A DNA stretch of 64,000 bases from Myxococcota bacterium (GCA_039030515.1 JBCCEA010000008.1:32001-96000); one strand, 5' to 3'; positions 1-9,679 are shown, numbered from the stretch's first letter. Notes: generated by a model from the sequence alone, not told the origin. A program made the numbers and translations.

Positions 1-796
1 CTTCCAGAAAACCGTTGTGCATCCAGCACCTGGCGAAGGGTTGACCCGTCCCACATTCACTTTGGGCAACTTCATTTTCGTGGTGAGGAAAGACGAGGTC
101 TAAGCCACCTCCGTGGATATCGAAGGTCTCGCCCAAGTGATGCATGCTCATCGCCGAACACTCGATATGCCAGCCCGGTCGGCCGTGACCGTAAGGACTC
201 TCAAACGAACAGGGCGCACCCACCGGTGTGGACTTCCAAAGAGCGAAATCCGCGGGATCTTCCTTTCGCTCCGACTCAGCATCTGAAACGCGGCCAGACG
301 CACCGAGTTCCATCTCATCGAGCCGCCGATGCGAGAGCTTGCCGTAGTCTGCGTAAGAACGAACCCGGAAGTAGACATCTCCCTCCGAGACATAAGCGTG
401 ATCTCTCTCGATAAGCCTTGAGACGAGCTTGAGGATTTCATCGATATGCTCGCTCACTCGGGGTTGAAGGTCCGGATCCAGGTTCCCGATGCGGCGGTAG
501 TCTTCTACATACGACTTGAAGATACGTTCGGCGAGTTCGCTCGGATGCTCTGATGTTTCGGCGGCCCGTTTGAGGATCTTGTCGTCGATATCGGTGACGT
601 TGCGTACAAAAGTAACCTCGTACCCTGCCTCGCGAAGATGCCTTACGAGAACGTCATAAACGACCGAAGAGCGCATATGACCCAAGTGGGCATAGTCGTA
701 TACGGTCGGTCCGCAGAGATATACGCCTACCTTTCCTTCGGAGATGGGTTTGAAGGGTTCGACTTGACGGGAAAGCGTATTGTAGATCTTGAGCAT
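1..796 (-). CDS. cysS: cysteinyl-tRNA synthetase, N-terminal part (runs off window)
   Basis: Manual translation from ATG 796: MLKIYNTLSRQVEPF...YLCGPTVYDYAHLGH...VRNVTDIDDKI...DIHGGGLDLVFPHHENE...WMHNGF. Absent from the ORF track because it has no stop in the window. Confidence 0.96.
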   Translation of the reverse strand, partial: MLKIYNTLSRQVEPFKPISEGKVGVYLCGPTVYDYAHLGHMRSSVVYDVLVRHLREAGYEVTFVRNVTDIDDKILKRAAETSEHPSELAERIFKSYVEDYRRIGNLDPDLQPRVSEHIDEILKLVSRLIERDHAYVSEGDVYFRVRSYADYGKLSHRRLDEMELGASGRVSDAESERKEDPADFALWKSTPVGAPCSFESPYGHGRPGWHIECSAMSMHHLGETFDIHGGGLDLVFPHHENEVAQSECGTGQPFARCWMHNGFLE

Positions 797-928
797 GTAG
801 AGCCGGCGCTACCTCAAGTTCAGCATACCAGCAATGGTAAAGGCTAGAGTGGATCGTCTACGAGCACGACCTTGCGTAGCGGCGACTCGGATCCTGAAGG
901 TGGACACATGAACCGCTTGCGCTAAGCC

Positions 929-3292
929 GTGCTTGAACTCACGGGTCTCTTTGTGATGGAAAGACTCGCCTCACTGGAGGATCCAGGTTTGTTCTTTTGC
1001 GTGCTCCGTCTGCCGGACCGCGCCTCACCCAGCTCGATGTTCATGATCGCCGCGAACCAATCCGTCCCGAATCCCACTTCGTGCTCCTTCCACTCATCCG
1101 CGCGGCAGCGGCTCTCGCGACACTCCAATCGGGACGGATCCTTTGGAAGAACGCAGAAAAGACTCGGTGGGGCGTTCTTGTTTCAGCAGACGCTCGCCGG
1201 AGTGTGCCTTTTGCTGGCCTGCGGCTGCCAGTCCCCGAAAGACTTGGGCCCAAATCGGGATCAGAGCATCGCAACACAGGACCAGGCGCCGCCAAAAGGC
1301 AAGGGCCAGCAGCGAGGTGATATCTCAAATCCAACCGAACCCAGGCTCGAGGATCCTTTCGAACCTCTATCGAACCGGAAACCGCTGAGCTTCGACGAAA
1401 CGAATGCACTGCGAAGGCAGATCGCTCAGGCTGCCAGCGGCAGACAGTTCCCTCGGGACGCTCCGCGAACCGAAGCGGGGACGGTGGTATTTCAGCCGAC
1501 TCCTGGCCGTAGAGTTCTCGACGTGCCTAGCTTTGTCCGGTCGATGTTTGGTCCGGGGCCGGAGCGGAATAACCGCGGCAGTGAGATCGATGTGCACTCC
1601 CGAGTGCTGCGGCGTGAACCGAGAGCCGAACTGCGATCGGATGGCGAGGTGATCGTCCATTTTGAAACCGTCCGGACAGTTCCGTCGGCAAGTCTGTTCT
1701 TTGGCTCTCTCGTACCGCAAGATCCGCTTGCGCTACCCAGGTATCGGCGGCGCTCACGAGAGCACACGGTCGATCGATCCGGCACCCGCCATCAGATGAG
1801 GTTTCAAATAAACGATCTGCTCAAACCCAAATACGACATCGCAAAATCACGTGCGACAGGCAGCGGACATGTCGTCTACCGACTCGAACTACACGACACC
1901 TCAGCGAGTCTCGCGTGGGTATTTGACCGAAGTCTTGCCTTCCGCTGCGCACCGATTCCCTGTTCTGGCTCTGCTCGCTTCTATCAGGCTCCGGACTTTG
2001 AACTGGGCCCGTTTGTCGACCGAGTCGAGACCGATCGCGTGACGCTTTCGCTGGAAACCGACGTGCCGACCGCAGCGCTCTTCTCGATTCGGGATGCAGA
2101 GGGTACCGAGGTTCAGTCGATTCAAAGCCCCCAAATACAACACAGGCACGAAATAGAGGTCACAGAGCTTCAAGCAGACCGGCACTACTTCTACTACGTC
2201 GCAATAGTCGATGCGCAGGGAGAGACGGCGGTTTCTAGAGGGGCATCGTTCCGCACAGCCCCAGGAACCGATCAGGGCCAGAGCTCTTTTCGCTTTGTGG
2301 CGCTGAGCGATTCCCGAAGTGGGTGGGGCACGACCGAAGACCGGTATGGAGGTCACAACCGTAGGGTGCTCACGGCTCTGCTCACCCAGGCCCTTCAGCA
2401 TCGTCCAAGGTTCGCGGTATTCGTTGGCGATCTTGTGGACGGCTACACGACCAGCCCGGACGCGTTCCGCTTCGAGTTGCGGAGTTGGCAGCGTTCGACA
2501 TCGGCAGTGGGAGGATTTCTCCCCATCTACGAGATCATGGGCAACCACGAAGTCGTGCTGCGTGCCTTCAGTTCTGGCTGGGCCGTCGGCCGCACCGGAG
2601 CGAGCGCTCCTGAAGCGATTTTTGCATCTTTATTCGTCAACCCTGAAAACGGTCCTGTCGCAAAACGCGGCGAACCTCCCCTGCGGGAAAATGTCTATTC
2701 CTTCGACTGGGGCGGTCTGCATTTGGCGGCCATCAACTCGAACTACTACTACCGATCTCACTTCGAGAGGAGCGATCATCCAGCCTTTGGACGCGGTCAC
2801 CGAGAGGGCTGGGTCGATGATCGGATCCTCGAGTGGCTCGACACCGATCTTCGTCTTGCAAGGGAACGCGGAGCCACCCATCTGATGGTGTTCACCCACG
2901 AGCCGGGGTTTCCGAACGGTGGACACCTGACCGACGGGATGTGGTGGAACGGGGAAGTGCCGGAGATCCTCGAGCAGCGAAAAAAACTCTACGCCATCCT
3001 CGGCAGGTACGGCGTGGCGGCGATCGTCCATGGGGATGAGCACAACTACAGCCGAATGCGGGTCGATGCAGCGCTCCTGCCGGATCTCGATCGCCCGATC
3101 ACTCAATTCATTTCTGGGGGTGCAGGGGCGCCTTTTTACGCGCAAGCAGAAGAGGTTCCGTGGGCCTCTCACGTGGAAGCGTTTGACGCGAGGCAACACT
3201 TTGTGCTGTTCGAGGTCGATGGGCACCGGCTGTACGGAAAAGCGGTTTCGATCAGCGGAGAAGTGATCGACAGTTTCGTTCTTGCCGAATAA
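929..3292 (+). CDS. secreted/lipoprotein metallophosphoesterase (purple acid phosphatase-like, with FN3-like domain)
   Basis: Motifs LSDSR, GDLVDG, GNHE, THEP, HGDEH. Lipobox-like LLLACGC near aa 95-101, so the true start is probably downstream of 929. Confidence 0.75.
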   Translation: MLELTGLFVMERLASLEDPGLFFCVLRLPDRASPSSMFMIAANQSVPNPTSCSFHSSARQRLSRHSNRDGSFGRTQKRLGGAFLFQQTLAGVCLLLACGCQSPKDLGPNRDQSIATQDQAPPKGKGQQRGDISNPTEPRLEDPFEPLSNRKPLSFDETNALRRQIAQAASGRQFPRDAPRTEAGTVVFQPTPGRRVLDVPSFVRSMFGPGPERNNRGSEIDVHSRVLRREPRAELRSDGEVIVHFETVRTVPSASLFFGSLVPQDPLALPRYRRRSREHTVDRSGTRHQMRFQINDLLKPKYDIAKSRATGSGHVVYRLELHDTSASLAWVFDRSLAFRCAPIPCSGSARFYQAPDFELGPFVDRVETDRVTLSLETDVPTAALFSIRDAEGTEVQSIQSPQIQHRHEIEVTELQADRHYFYYVAIVDAQGETAVSRGASFRTAPGTDQGQSSFRFVALSDSRSGWGTTEDRYGGHNRRVLTALLTQALQHRPRFAVFVGDLVDGYTTSPDAFRFELRSWQRSTSAVGGFLPIYEIMGNHEVVLRAFSSGWAVGRTGASAPEAIFASLFVNPENGPVAKRGEPPLRENVYSFDWGGLHLAAINSNYYYRSHFERSDHPAFGRGHREGWVDDRILEWLDTDLRLARERGATHLMVFTHEPGFPNGGHLTDGMWWNGEVPEILEQRKKLYAILGRYGVAAIVHGDEHNYSRMRVDAALLPDLDRPITQFISGGAGAPFYAQAEEVPWASHVEAFDARQHFVLFEVDGHRLYGKAVSISGEVIDSFVLAE

Positions 3293-3332
3293 GACCTCTT
3301 CGACTGCGCCATCACGCTGCCTGGAAGAAAAC

Positions 3333-4652
3333 ATGACCTCGATTCTGAAACCAAGTCCGATCAGCGGTTTTCCGGAGTGGTTGCCCGAGCAGAAGCTCGT
3401 CGAGGAGCAGATGCTCCAAACGATGCGCTCCATCTTCGAGTCCTACGGCTTCACGCCAATTGAAACCGCGGCCGTGGAGCGAAAAGCGATCGTCGCCGCG
3501 AAAGGGGTAGCCGACAAAGAACTCTATGCGTTGGAGCGACTTGGGGCAGCGCCGGGTGAAGACGCATCTACGGAGCTTGCACTGCACTTCGACCTCACGG
3601 TGCCAACCGCCCGTTACGTCGCTCAAAACTATGGGAAACTCGTCTTCCCGTTTCGAAGATATCAGATTCAGAAAGTCTGGAGAGGAGAGCGACCTCAAGC
3701 GGGTCGTTTTCGCGAGTTCTACCAGTGCGACATCGACGTCGTGGGCCATGAAACACTCGATCTACTGGTCGACGCGGAGATGCTCGCCGTGGTCGATCAG
3801 GTCTTTCGGTCGCTCAATGTCGGCAGGACGCTGTTCCGCATAAGCAACCGCAAGATACTGCACGGCCTACTCTCCCACGGAGGTCTTGCAGGGGAGGCGA
3901 TGACCTCCGCGATGCTGGCCATCGATGCGCTGGAAAAGCTTGGCATGGACCGGGTACGCGAGGCCCTGACGCAGGCCGGGCTACGTGCAGCGACGACGGT
4001 ACTCGAACTTATCTCATCGCCCATCTCGATCTCCGAACTCGTCAGTCTCGACCGAGGCCCGTTTTTTGCGCTTGGGGTGAAAGAGCTAGAGTTGGTATCT
4101 GAGGGGCTCAAGCAATTTGGCGTGGACGAAGATCGGTACGCGATCGACCTCACCATCGCCCGAGGGCTCGACTACTACACCGGCACCGTCTACGAGACCC
4201 GATTGACGAGCGAGCCTGAACTGGGAAGCATTTGCTCGGGTGGACGCTACGAAAACCTGGCGAGCGCTTATTCGAAACAGGTGCTCCCCGGCGTGGGACT
4301 CTCGATAGGCCTCACGCGACTCCTGAGCCGTCTATTCGAAAAAGGGGAGCTGGACACCCGTAAAAAGACGCCGGCCGAGGTACTGGTCACGATGATGGAT
4401 GTTGAACAGCGACATTTTTACATCCATGTTGCAAACAAACTTCGAGAAGCAGGAATCCCGACCGAGCTCTACACCGAGCCGAAAAAGCTCAAGGCCCAGC
4501 TCAAGTATGCAGACGCAAAGGGGTTCGATACGGTGATTCTGGCAGGCAGCAGAGAAATCGAGTCCAATTCGGTTACGGTGAAATCGCTCCGCGAACGCAC
4601 CCAGGAGGAGATTCCCCTTGCAGAGCTTGCCCTCCGCCTGAAGAGCAGATGA
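3333..4652 (+). CDS. hisS: histidyl-tRNA synthetase
   Basis: PISGFPEWLP, FDLTVP, WRGERPQAGRFREFYQCDID, RGLDYYTG, GGRY, and a C-terminal anticodon-binding domain. Confidence 0.96.
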   Translation: MTSILKPSPISGFPEWLPEQKLVEEQMLQTMRSIFESYGFTPIETAAVERKAIVAAKGVADKELYALERLGAAPGEDASTELALHFDLTVPTARYVAQNYGKLVFPFRRYQIQKVWRGERPQAGRFREFYQCDIDVVGHETLDLLVDAEMLAVVDQVFRSLNVGRTLFRISNRKILHGLLSHGGLAGEAMTSAMLAIDALEKLGMDRVREALTQAGLRAATTVLELISSPISISELVSLDRGPFFALGVKELELVSEGLKQFGVDEDRYAIDLTIARGLDYYTGTVYETRLTSEPELGSICSGGRYENLASAYSKQVLPGVGLSIGLTRLLSRLFEKGELDTRKKTPAEVLVTMMDVEQRHFYIHVANKLREAGIPTELYTEPKKLKAQLKYADAKGFDTVILAGSREIESNSVTVKSLRERTQEEIPLAELALRLKSR

Positions 4653-6118
4653 GCGAGATCCTCATCGCCGATAGGATCTTGACCGGCGCGTACAGTCCCC
4701 TCCAGGCGGGACTCGTCTGCATCGATGAGGGCGAGATCTCGGCGGTTCACACGCTCGCTGAAGAAGACGAGCTCAAAGACGGCCCGGCGCTCGCGGCCCA
4801 ATTGGGTCTCGACCTAGGCTGCCCGATGACGGATCTGCGCGCGCTTGTGCCCAACCATCTGGTGACCCCGGCGTTCATCGACGTACACACCCACCTCGCA
4901 CTCGGCTTTTTGAGAGGCGTCTCCCCCTCGCCTTCTTCCAAGGTCGGGCTCGGGCAGCAGCAGACCAAGGAGATACCCTCGAATATCGTGGAGGATTTCT
5001 ACTTCGGATGGGAGGCAGAGCTAACCCCTCAAGACGTGAGGGCGTTTGTGCGTATGGGCGCTTTCGAATCGATCCTCTCGGGAGTCGGCCTCGTCTGGGA
5101 CCACTACTACCACGCAGAGCATGTTGCAGCGGGTCTGTGCGATACCGGCCTTGCAGGTGTGGTCTCACCCACCCTTCAAGACGTGCGGGGTCCTTGTTCG
5201 AAGGAGTCCGAGAGTGCACTTCGATCGACCGAACATCTCTGCCGGGCGGCATGGAGTGCATCCGGCATTTTCTCTGCACTTGGTCCTCACGCGACCGACA
5301 CCGTCAGCCCCGAGCTGCTTCAAAACGCGCTCAGGCTCGCCGAGCAATTTCAGCTGCCGATACACATGCACCTGGCTCAATCGTTCACTGAGTTCGCTCG
5401 GTCGATGGAAGACCGAAATTGCACCCCCATGCAGTTTCTCGAGCGTGAAGGCCTTCTCAGCTCGGACCTCTCGATGTTGCTCGTGCACGGACTCTTCTTA
5501 ACGGACAACGATCTTTCTCTGCTCAATTCCGATCGGCATTGCCTCGTCTATTGTCCTTCTTCGCAGCGACGATTCGGTTTTCCTGCGCGGATCGACCGGT
5601 GGGACCAGTTGCGGTGGGCGCTGGCCACCGACTGCGCCTCGAGCAATGATTCTTGGAACCTGCAAAAAGAAATGCGGCTCGCCTCCTGCCAAGACGCATT
5701 AAAAGCTGCGTTTTCAAACTCACTCAGCCGCTTTTTCCGATCGGGCAACACCGAAGATGCACGAAACGTCTGGGATACAAGACACGTCGTCCCGCCTTCT
5801 CCCGAGGAACTTCTAAGCCGGGTGTGGGATGTTCCGGGAGCGCTGCATCCGAAGGTATCGGCGGGAGCGATTTCCGCAGGTTCTCTCGGCAATCTCCTTA
5901 TCTGGGATCTAAACCATCCGTCTTTTTGGCCCGCAGTCGATCTTCGAAGCCATCTCGCGCTGGGCGATACCACGCAGGCCATTTGGGGAATGCGGATTCG
6001 GGGCGAGCGCGTAGGCGTTGACGGGGCGTTTCATCGGAGCATCGTCGAGCACGACGACTACTTGGAGGCCAAACGCGAGGCGGACGAACGATGGCGTCTA
6101 TTGGCCGCGCGCGTGTAG
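4649..6118 (+). CDS. amidohydrolase family protein (Atz/Trz/SAH-deaminase-like)
   Basis: FIDVHTH, GPHA, HMHLAQS, VHG, ALATD metal-binding motifs. ATGA overlap with hisS. Confidence 0.8.
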   Translation: MSEILIADRILTGAYSPLQAGLVCIDEGEISAVHTLAEEDELKDGPALAAQLGLDLGCPMTDLRALVPNHLVTPAFIDVHTHLALGFLRGVSPSPSSKVGLGQQQTKEIPSNIVEDFYFGWEAELTPQDVRAFVRMGAFESILSGVGLVWDHYYHAEHVAAGLCDTGLAGVVSPTLQDVRGPCSKESESALRSTEHLCRAAWSASGIFSALGPHATDTVSPELLQNALRLAEQFQLPIHMHLAQSFTEFARSMEDRNCTPMQFLEREGLLSSDLSMLLVHGLFLTDNDLSLLNSDRHCLVYCPSSQRRFGFPARIDRWDQLRWALATDCASSNDSWNLQKEMRLASCQDALKAAFSNSLSRFFRSGNTEDARNVWDTRHVVPPSPEELLSRVWDVPGALHPKVSAGAISAGSLGNLLIWDLNHPSFWPAVDLRSHLALGDTTQAIWGMRIRGERVGVDGAFHRSIVEHDDYLEAKREADERWRLLAARV

Positions 6119-6141
6119 ACCGGCACTTAGTAGACCGGCGT

Positions 6142-7362
6142 TTAGAAGAGTTCGATATCCCCAGACTCAACGCTAGATTGAGTGACGTGGTTCGACATGC
6201 CGACAAGCGATTCTAAGTCGCTTTCGAAGCTGGCGAGCAGCTCCGGAGGGATCAAGTTTCTGCGCAACACCTCGAGCAGCAACGCCTCCATCACATCGAT
6301 CTTTCTTTCAGCCGCGGTGAGCAGCTGGGTGACGATATCGTCGAACTGTAGCGATTGAACCGCCCGCGCGACGTGAGCACTCCCCTCGGCGGCCATCCTC
6401 TCCACGCTCTGATTGGCCTGACTGAGCAGCTTCATCAACCGTTCGAGCTGCGCCTTGGAGTTCATCAGGGCTGAAACATCTCGATTGGCAAACTTCTCAA
6501 GAGCGTGCCGCATGACATCCAGCTCCTTGTGCGTGTCGTTTGCGGTGTCTCGGATCTCTCGGCCTTTTGCCTGCGACGACAGCGTGAGAGCCCGGGCAGA
6601 GCTCGAAACCAGTCGAAAGAGTGAGAACCATGAGCGATCGCCTCCCGACTCATCGACGCGCCCCTTTTGTGCAGTAAAACTACCGAGGTACGGCAGGCTT
6701 ATTCTGCCCCTTTTTGGCTTCTCAGACGAGACCGGAAGATGTTGTTGCGCCTCCTGAACCATATGATCGAAGCGCTCCATCTCGCTCATCAAGGTGCCGA
6801 GCTCTTCAGATAGTGCCGATGACTCCTTGGTGATCCGCACCAAGGAATCCACAAAACCCTGAAGCATTTCTGCCGAGGGCATCTCGGCCGGGGGTATCGA
6901 TGAAAGAGGCCTCTCGATTTGAGGCCTCTCCACTGCCGAACGGGGTGTCACCCCTTCCATATCGCCACCGGCCCGCTGGAAATCTCGGAACACCTCTGCA
7001 GTTTCTCTGGCGCCGCGGTCGAGGGATTCTAGGGAGGTGGATGTTTCCTGGTAGGCATTGCGCATCAACTCGGTCGCGCGATGGAGGTCGCCCCGAATCG
7101 AGTTCATCGCGTCCTGCACCCCCGCGATGACACCGGAGCGGGACCCTTCTTCTGAAGTGAGGCGCTGCATCTCTGGCCCCGTAAGAACGACAACGGAGTC
7201 TCTTTCTGTAGGGGCGCCATCGGAACAGCCCAACGCAGCGAGGACGACGGCAGAGAACCCTCGAAACCGTACCCGGTCTGGTTCCGGCGCAACAACCTTA
7301 CCCGGTCTGGTGCCTGGGATCTGGTGCCAGGGGGGCCGAGAACTGTGATGTTTCTCTCGCAT
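6142..7362 (-). CDS. chemotaxis-associated helical (MCP-like) protein; start uncertain
   Basis: Helical/coiled-coil body ending VQSLQFDDIVTQLL...VTQSSVESGDIELF, typical of atypical MCP-like proteins. The longer ORF overlaps the opposite-strand gene, so the start was moved to ATG 7362. Confidence 0.55.
   Translation of the reverse strand: MREKHHSSRPPWHQIPGTRPGKVVAPEPDRVRFRGFSAVVLAALGCSDGAPTERDSVVVLTGPEMQRLTSEEGSRSGVIAGVQDAMNSIRGDLHRATELMRNAYQETSTSLESLDRGARETAEVFRDFQRAGGDMEGVTPRSAVERPQIERPLSSIPPAEMPSAEMLQGFVDSLVRITKESSALSEELGTLMSEMERFDHMVQEAQQHLPVSSEKPKRGRISLPYLGSFTAQKGRVDESGGDRSWFSLFRLVSSSARALTLSSQAKGREIRDTANDTHKELDVMRHALEKFANRDVSALMNSKAQLERLMKLLSQANQSVERMAAEGSAHVARAVQSLQFDDIVTQLLTAAERKIDVMEALLLEVLRRNLIPPELLASFESDLESLVGMSNHVTQSSVESGDIELF
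7267..7311. repeat. two dispersed copies of the CCGTACCCGGTC(A/T)GGT motif
   Basis: CCGTACCCGGTCTGGTT at 7267 and CCTTACCCGGTCTGGT at 7296 match the core of the 8881-9370 array. Confidence 0.8.
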
Positions 7363-7402
7363 CGGCAGGGAGATTGGAACCCGCACGCCCGTATTTTTTC
7401 GC

Positions 7403-8170
7403 ATGAAGACACGTGGGCCGAGAGTGCGACTAACGCTGCGGGGATGGATTTTTTTGGCCGCTGGTGTGGTGTCTGCGGTGGCTGTGGTGGCTCTTATTCC
7501 GTTTGCCTTTTTGAAAGAGATAAAGCTGTTTTTGAGAGAGCTCCCAAGCGGCAACCTGTCCGAGGACAACTTATTTAAACTTGGCATTATGCTTTGCGCG
7601 TTAGCGATGACGGTGTCGGGTTTTTTGAGTGTTGCCCGCCTTGTATTGAATCTGACACGCAAGGAGACGTTAAGGGCTTGGCTGAGGAAGACTGGCGCGC
7701 GCACTACGGCCCGAGTTCTGCAGGTCGAAGCTACCGGGATGCGAATCAATCATGAGCCGGAGGTCAATCTCACTTTGGAGGTACAGAGGACCGACGGCAC
7801 AACCTACCAGGCTCAGATCACAAGGGTGGTTTCGCATGTCCAGCTCGTTCGGCTCACTCCCGGCGCCGTGGTCTCGGTATTCTACGATAGGTCCGATCCG
7901 AGCAAGGTCGTTCTTGCGGAGGATCCATTCGCGGGCGTTCCGTCAGTGCAATCCAGCAACGCCAGCTTCGCCAACGCCAACGCCAGCTTCGCCAACGTCA
8001 GCGCACCCCAAGCGGTGATACAGGTGCAAAAGCCCGACGGCTCAACCCAGCAAGTCACGGCGAATCAATTGGTCTCGATGAACCAGCTCGGTCAGATCGC
8101 CCCTGGCGCCAAGATCCAATTGCTTATCGATCCCTCCGATCTGAACAAGGTGACGGTGACGCAAAAGTAG
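7403..8170 (+). CDS. membrane protein, DUF3592-like, with a duplicated beta domain
   Basis: Two N-terminal TM helices, then TGMRINHEPEV...PGAVVSVFYDRSDPSKV and a second partial copy PGAKIQLLIDPSDLNKV. A 21-bp duplication at 7957-7998 encodes NASFANA. Confidence 0.6.
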   Translation: MKTRGPRVRLTLRGWIFLAAGVVSAVAVVALIPFAFLKEIKLFLRELPSGNLSEDNLFKLGIMLCALAMTVSGFLSVARLVLNLTRKETLRAWLRKTGARTTARVLQVEATGMRINHEPEVNLTLEVQRTDGTTYQAQITRVVSHVQLVRLTPGAVVSVFYDRSDPSKVVLAEDPFAGVPSVQSSNASFANANASFANVSAPQAVIQVQKPDGSTQQVTANQLVSMNQLGQIAPGAKIQLLIDPSDLNKVTVTQK

Positions 8171-8224
8171 CCAGGTGCTGGGCCGTCGCCTCGATACCGA
8201 TCGCAACGAGAAAGACGGCTGACT

Positions 8225-8824
8225 TCAGCCTTGCTCCATCTTTTGTTTCAGCGCCGACAGGGAAGAGCGCCAGGATTGGGATTGATTTGCCCAGGTTACT
8301 GCACTCTGCTCTGCGTCTGGACTTACTGCGGTCTGCTCCGCGCCTGAAGAGGTTGGCTCTGCTTCTGTAGGCGCCGAGGACCAGCGGGATACGCATTCGG
8401 GCTCGTCACAATGAGGCTGCATGGGAATCTCCAAAATGAGCAGCTCTCTGAGAATAGAGTCGAGCGCGATTTCATCTCCGTGAAAGTACGACCAGCTTTC
8501 CTCTTCGAAATCCGCCTCCGACTCGACATGAGATGGGGCTTCTCCGTTTCGAGGCTTCATCGCTAGCTGGACCTCGGCTACAAGCGGCATCGAGACATCG
8601 CCCAAACAGCGCGCGCACTCTAGAACCACGGGAGCCGTGACCCGTCCGGCGATGACGATCTCCTGACCGCTTCGATGTACGAAGAGATGGAGGTCTCCCG
8701 AATCTACGCCTGGGCGCACACCGGTGTGCTCAAACGCTTGATCCAACCATGGATTCGATAGGGGCCGTTCGAATGGAGTGCCCTCTTCATCGATATCAGA
8801 GACCTTAACAACGAACTCCGGCAT
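8225..8824 (-). CDS. yceD: YceD / DUF177 family protein
   Basis: LECARCL, IALDSILRELLILEIPMQPHC, C-terminal WRSSLSALKQK. Confidence 0.85.
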   Translation of the reverse strand: MPEFVVKVSDIDEEGTPFERPLSNPWLDQAFEHTGVRPGVDSGDLHLFVHRSGQEIVIAGRVTAPVVLECARCLGDVSMPLVAEVQLAMKPRNGEAPSHVESEADFEEESWSYFHGDEIALDSILRELLILEIPMQPHCDEPECVSRWSSAPTEAEPTSSGAEQTAVSPDAEQSAVTWANQSQSWRSSLSALKQKMEQG

Positions 8825-8880
8825 ATCCGTACCTTGTGACACGTAGGAGAACGACCTCCAAACCGCCGCGATGTCACACA

Positions 8881-9370
8881 CCGTACCCGGTCAGGTTTGA
8901 GGGTTCAGGTTTGGGTCACACACCGTACCCGGTCAGGTTTGCCGCGCCGTACCCAGTCTGGTTTGAGGGGTCAGGTTTGCCGCGCCGTATCCAGGCCACA
9001 CCGTACCCGGTCGGGTCTGGGTCGCACACCGGCCGCTCCGTACCCAGTCAGGTTTGGAACCACCGTACCCGGTCTGGTTTGGGCGGCCACACCGTACCCG
9101 GTCAGGGGCCACACCGAACCACCGTACCCGGTCAGGTTTGGGGCCGCGCCGTACCCGGTCTGGTTTGCCGCGCCCTACCCGGAAAGGTTTGGAACCACCG
9201 TACCTGGTCTGGTTTGGGGCCGCTCCGTACCCGGTCAGGTTTGGAACCACACCGTACCTGGTCTGGTTTGGAACCACACCGTACCCAGTCAGGTTTGCCG
9301 CGCCGTACCCAGTCTGGTTTGCCACACCGTACCCAGTCAGGTTTGGAACCACCGTACACGGTCAGGTTTG
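8881..9370. repeat. tandem degenerate array, ~18 copies of 19-bp CCGTACCC(G/A)GTC(A/T)GGTTTG with short recurrent linkers
   Basis: Cores at about 8881, 8923, 8947, 8985 (partial), 9001, 9038, 9063, 9092, 9122, 9149, 9173, 9198, 9225, 9252, 9279, 9303, 9327 and 9352. Confidence 0.95.
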
Positions 9371-9679
9371 GGCGTCAGTAGCCCCATCCGCCTCTTTGGT
9401 CTCCAGATCTGGAGGGTAATCGACCCCGCCGGGATGAAAGGGATGGCAGCGACAGATCCTCTTCAAACCGAGCCAGCCGCCCTTGAATGCGCCAAAGCGA
9501 TCGATGCAGGTCGCCGTGTAGCGTGAGCAGCTTGGGTGGAATCGACACGCTTGACCCAATATCGGAGAAAGCGTGTACCAGTACGCCCGTATAACGATGA
9601 GCAAGAAACGGGCAAGCCAGGACTTGTTCGAACGCGCCATCCCGGAGCTGGAGACTCGCCCCGACTGCGTTTCAGACAT
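9362..9679 (-). CDS. yidD: membrane protein insertion efficiency factor
   Basis: LSPILGQACRFHPSCSRY...RICRCHPFHPGGVD. The start overlaps the ribD stop. Confidence 0.93.
   Translation of the reverse strand: MSETQSGRVSSSGMARSNKSWLARFLLIVIRAYWYTLSPILGQACRFHPSCSRYTATCIDRFGAFKGGWLGLKRICRCHPFHPGGVDYPPDLETKEADGATDAQT

Noticed and set aside
7363..7749. N-terminal extension of the 535-aa minus ORF
   Set aside because: It overlaps the plausible plus-strand membrane gene in antisense.
8881..9370. CRISPR array interpretation of the repeat
   Set aside because: Linkers are mostly 5-10 bp and reused rather than unique ~30-bp spacers, the repeats are degenerate, and there are no cas genes.
8836..9526. Repeat-derived ORFs (PYPVRFG, HRTRSGL, NLTGYG peptides)
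   Set aside because: They are open in several frames on both strands, and non-triplet unit lengths switch the peptide register. They are by-products of the DNA repeat.
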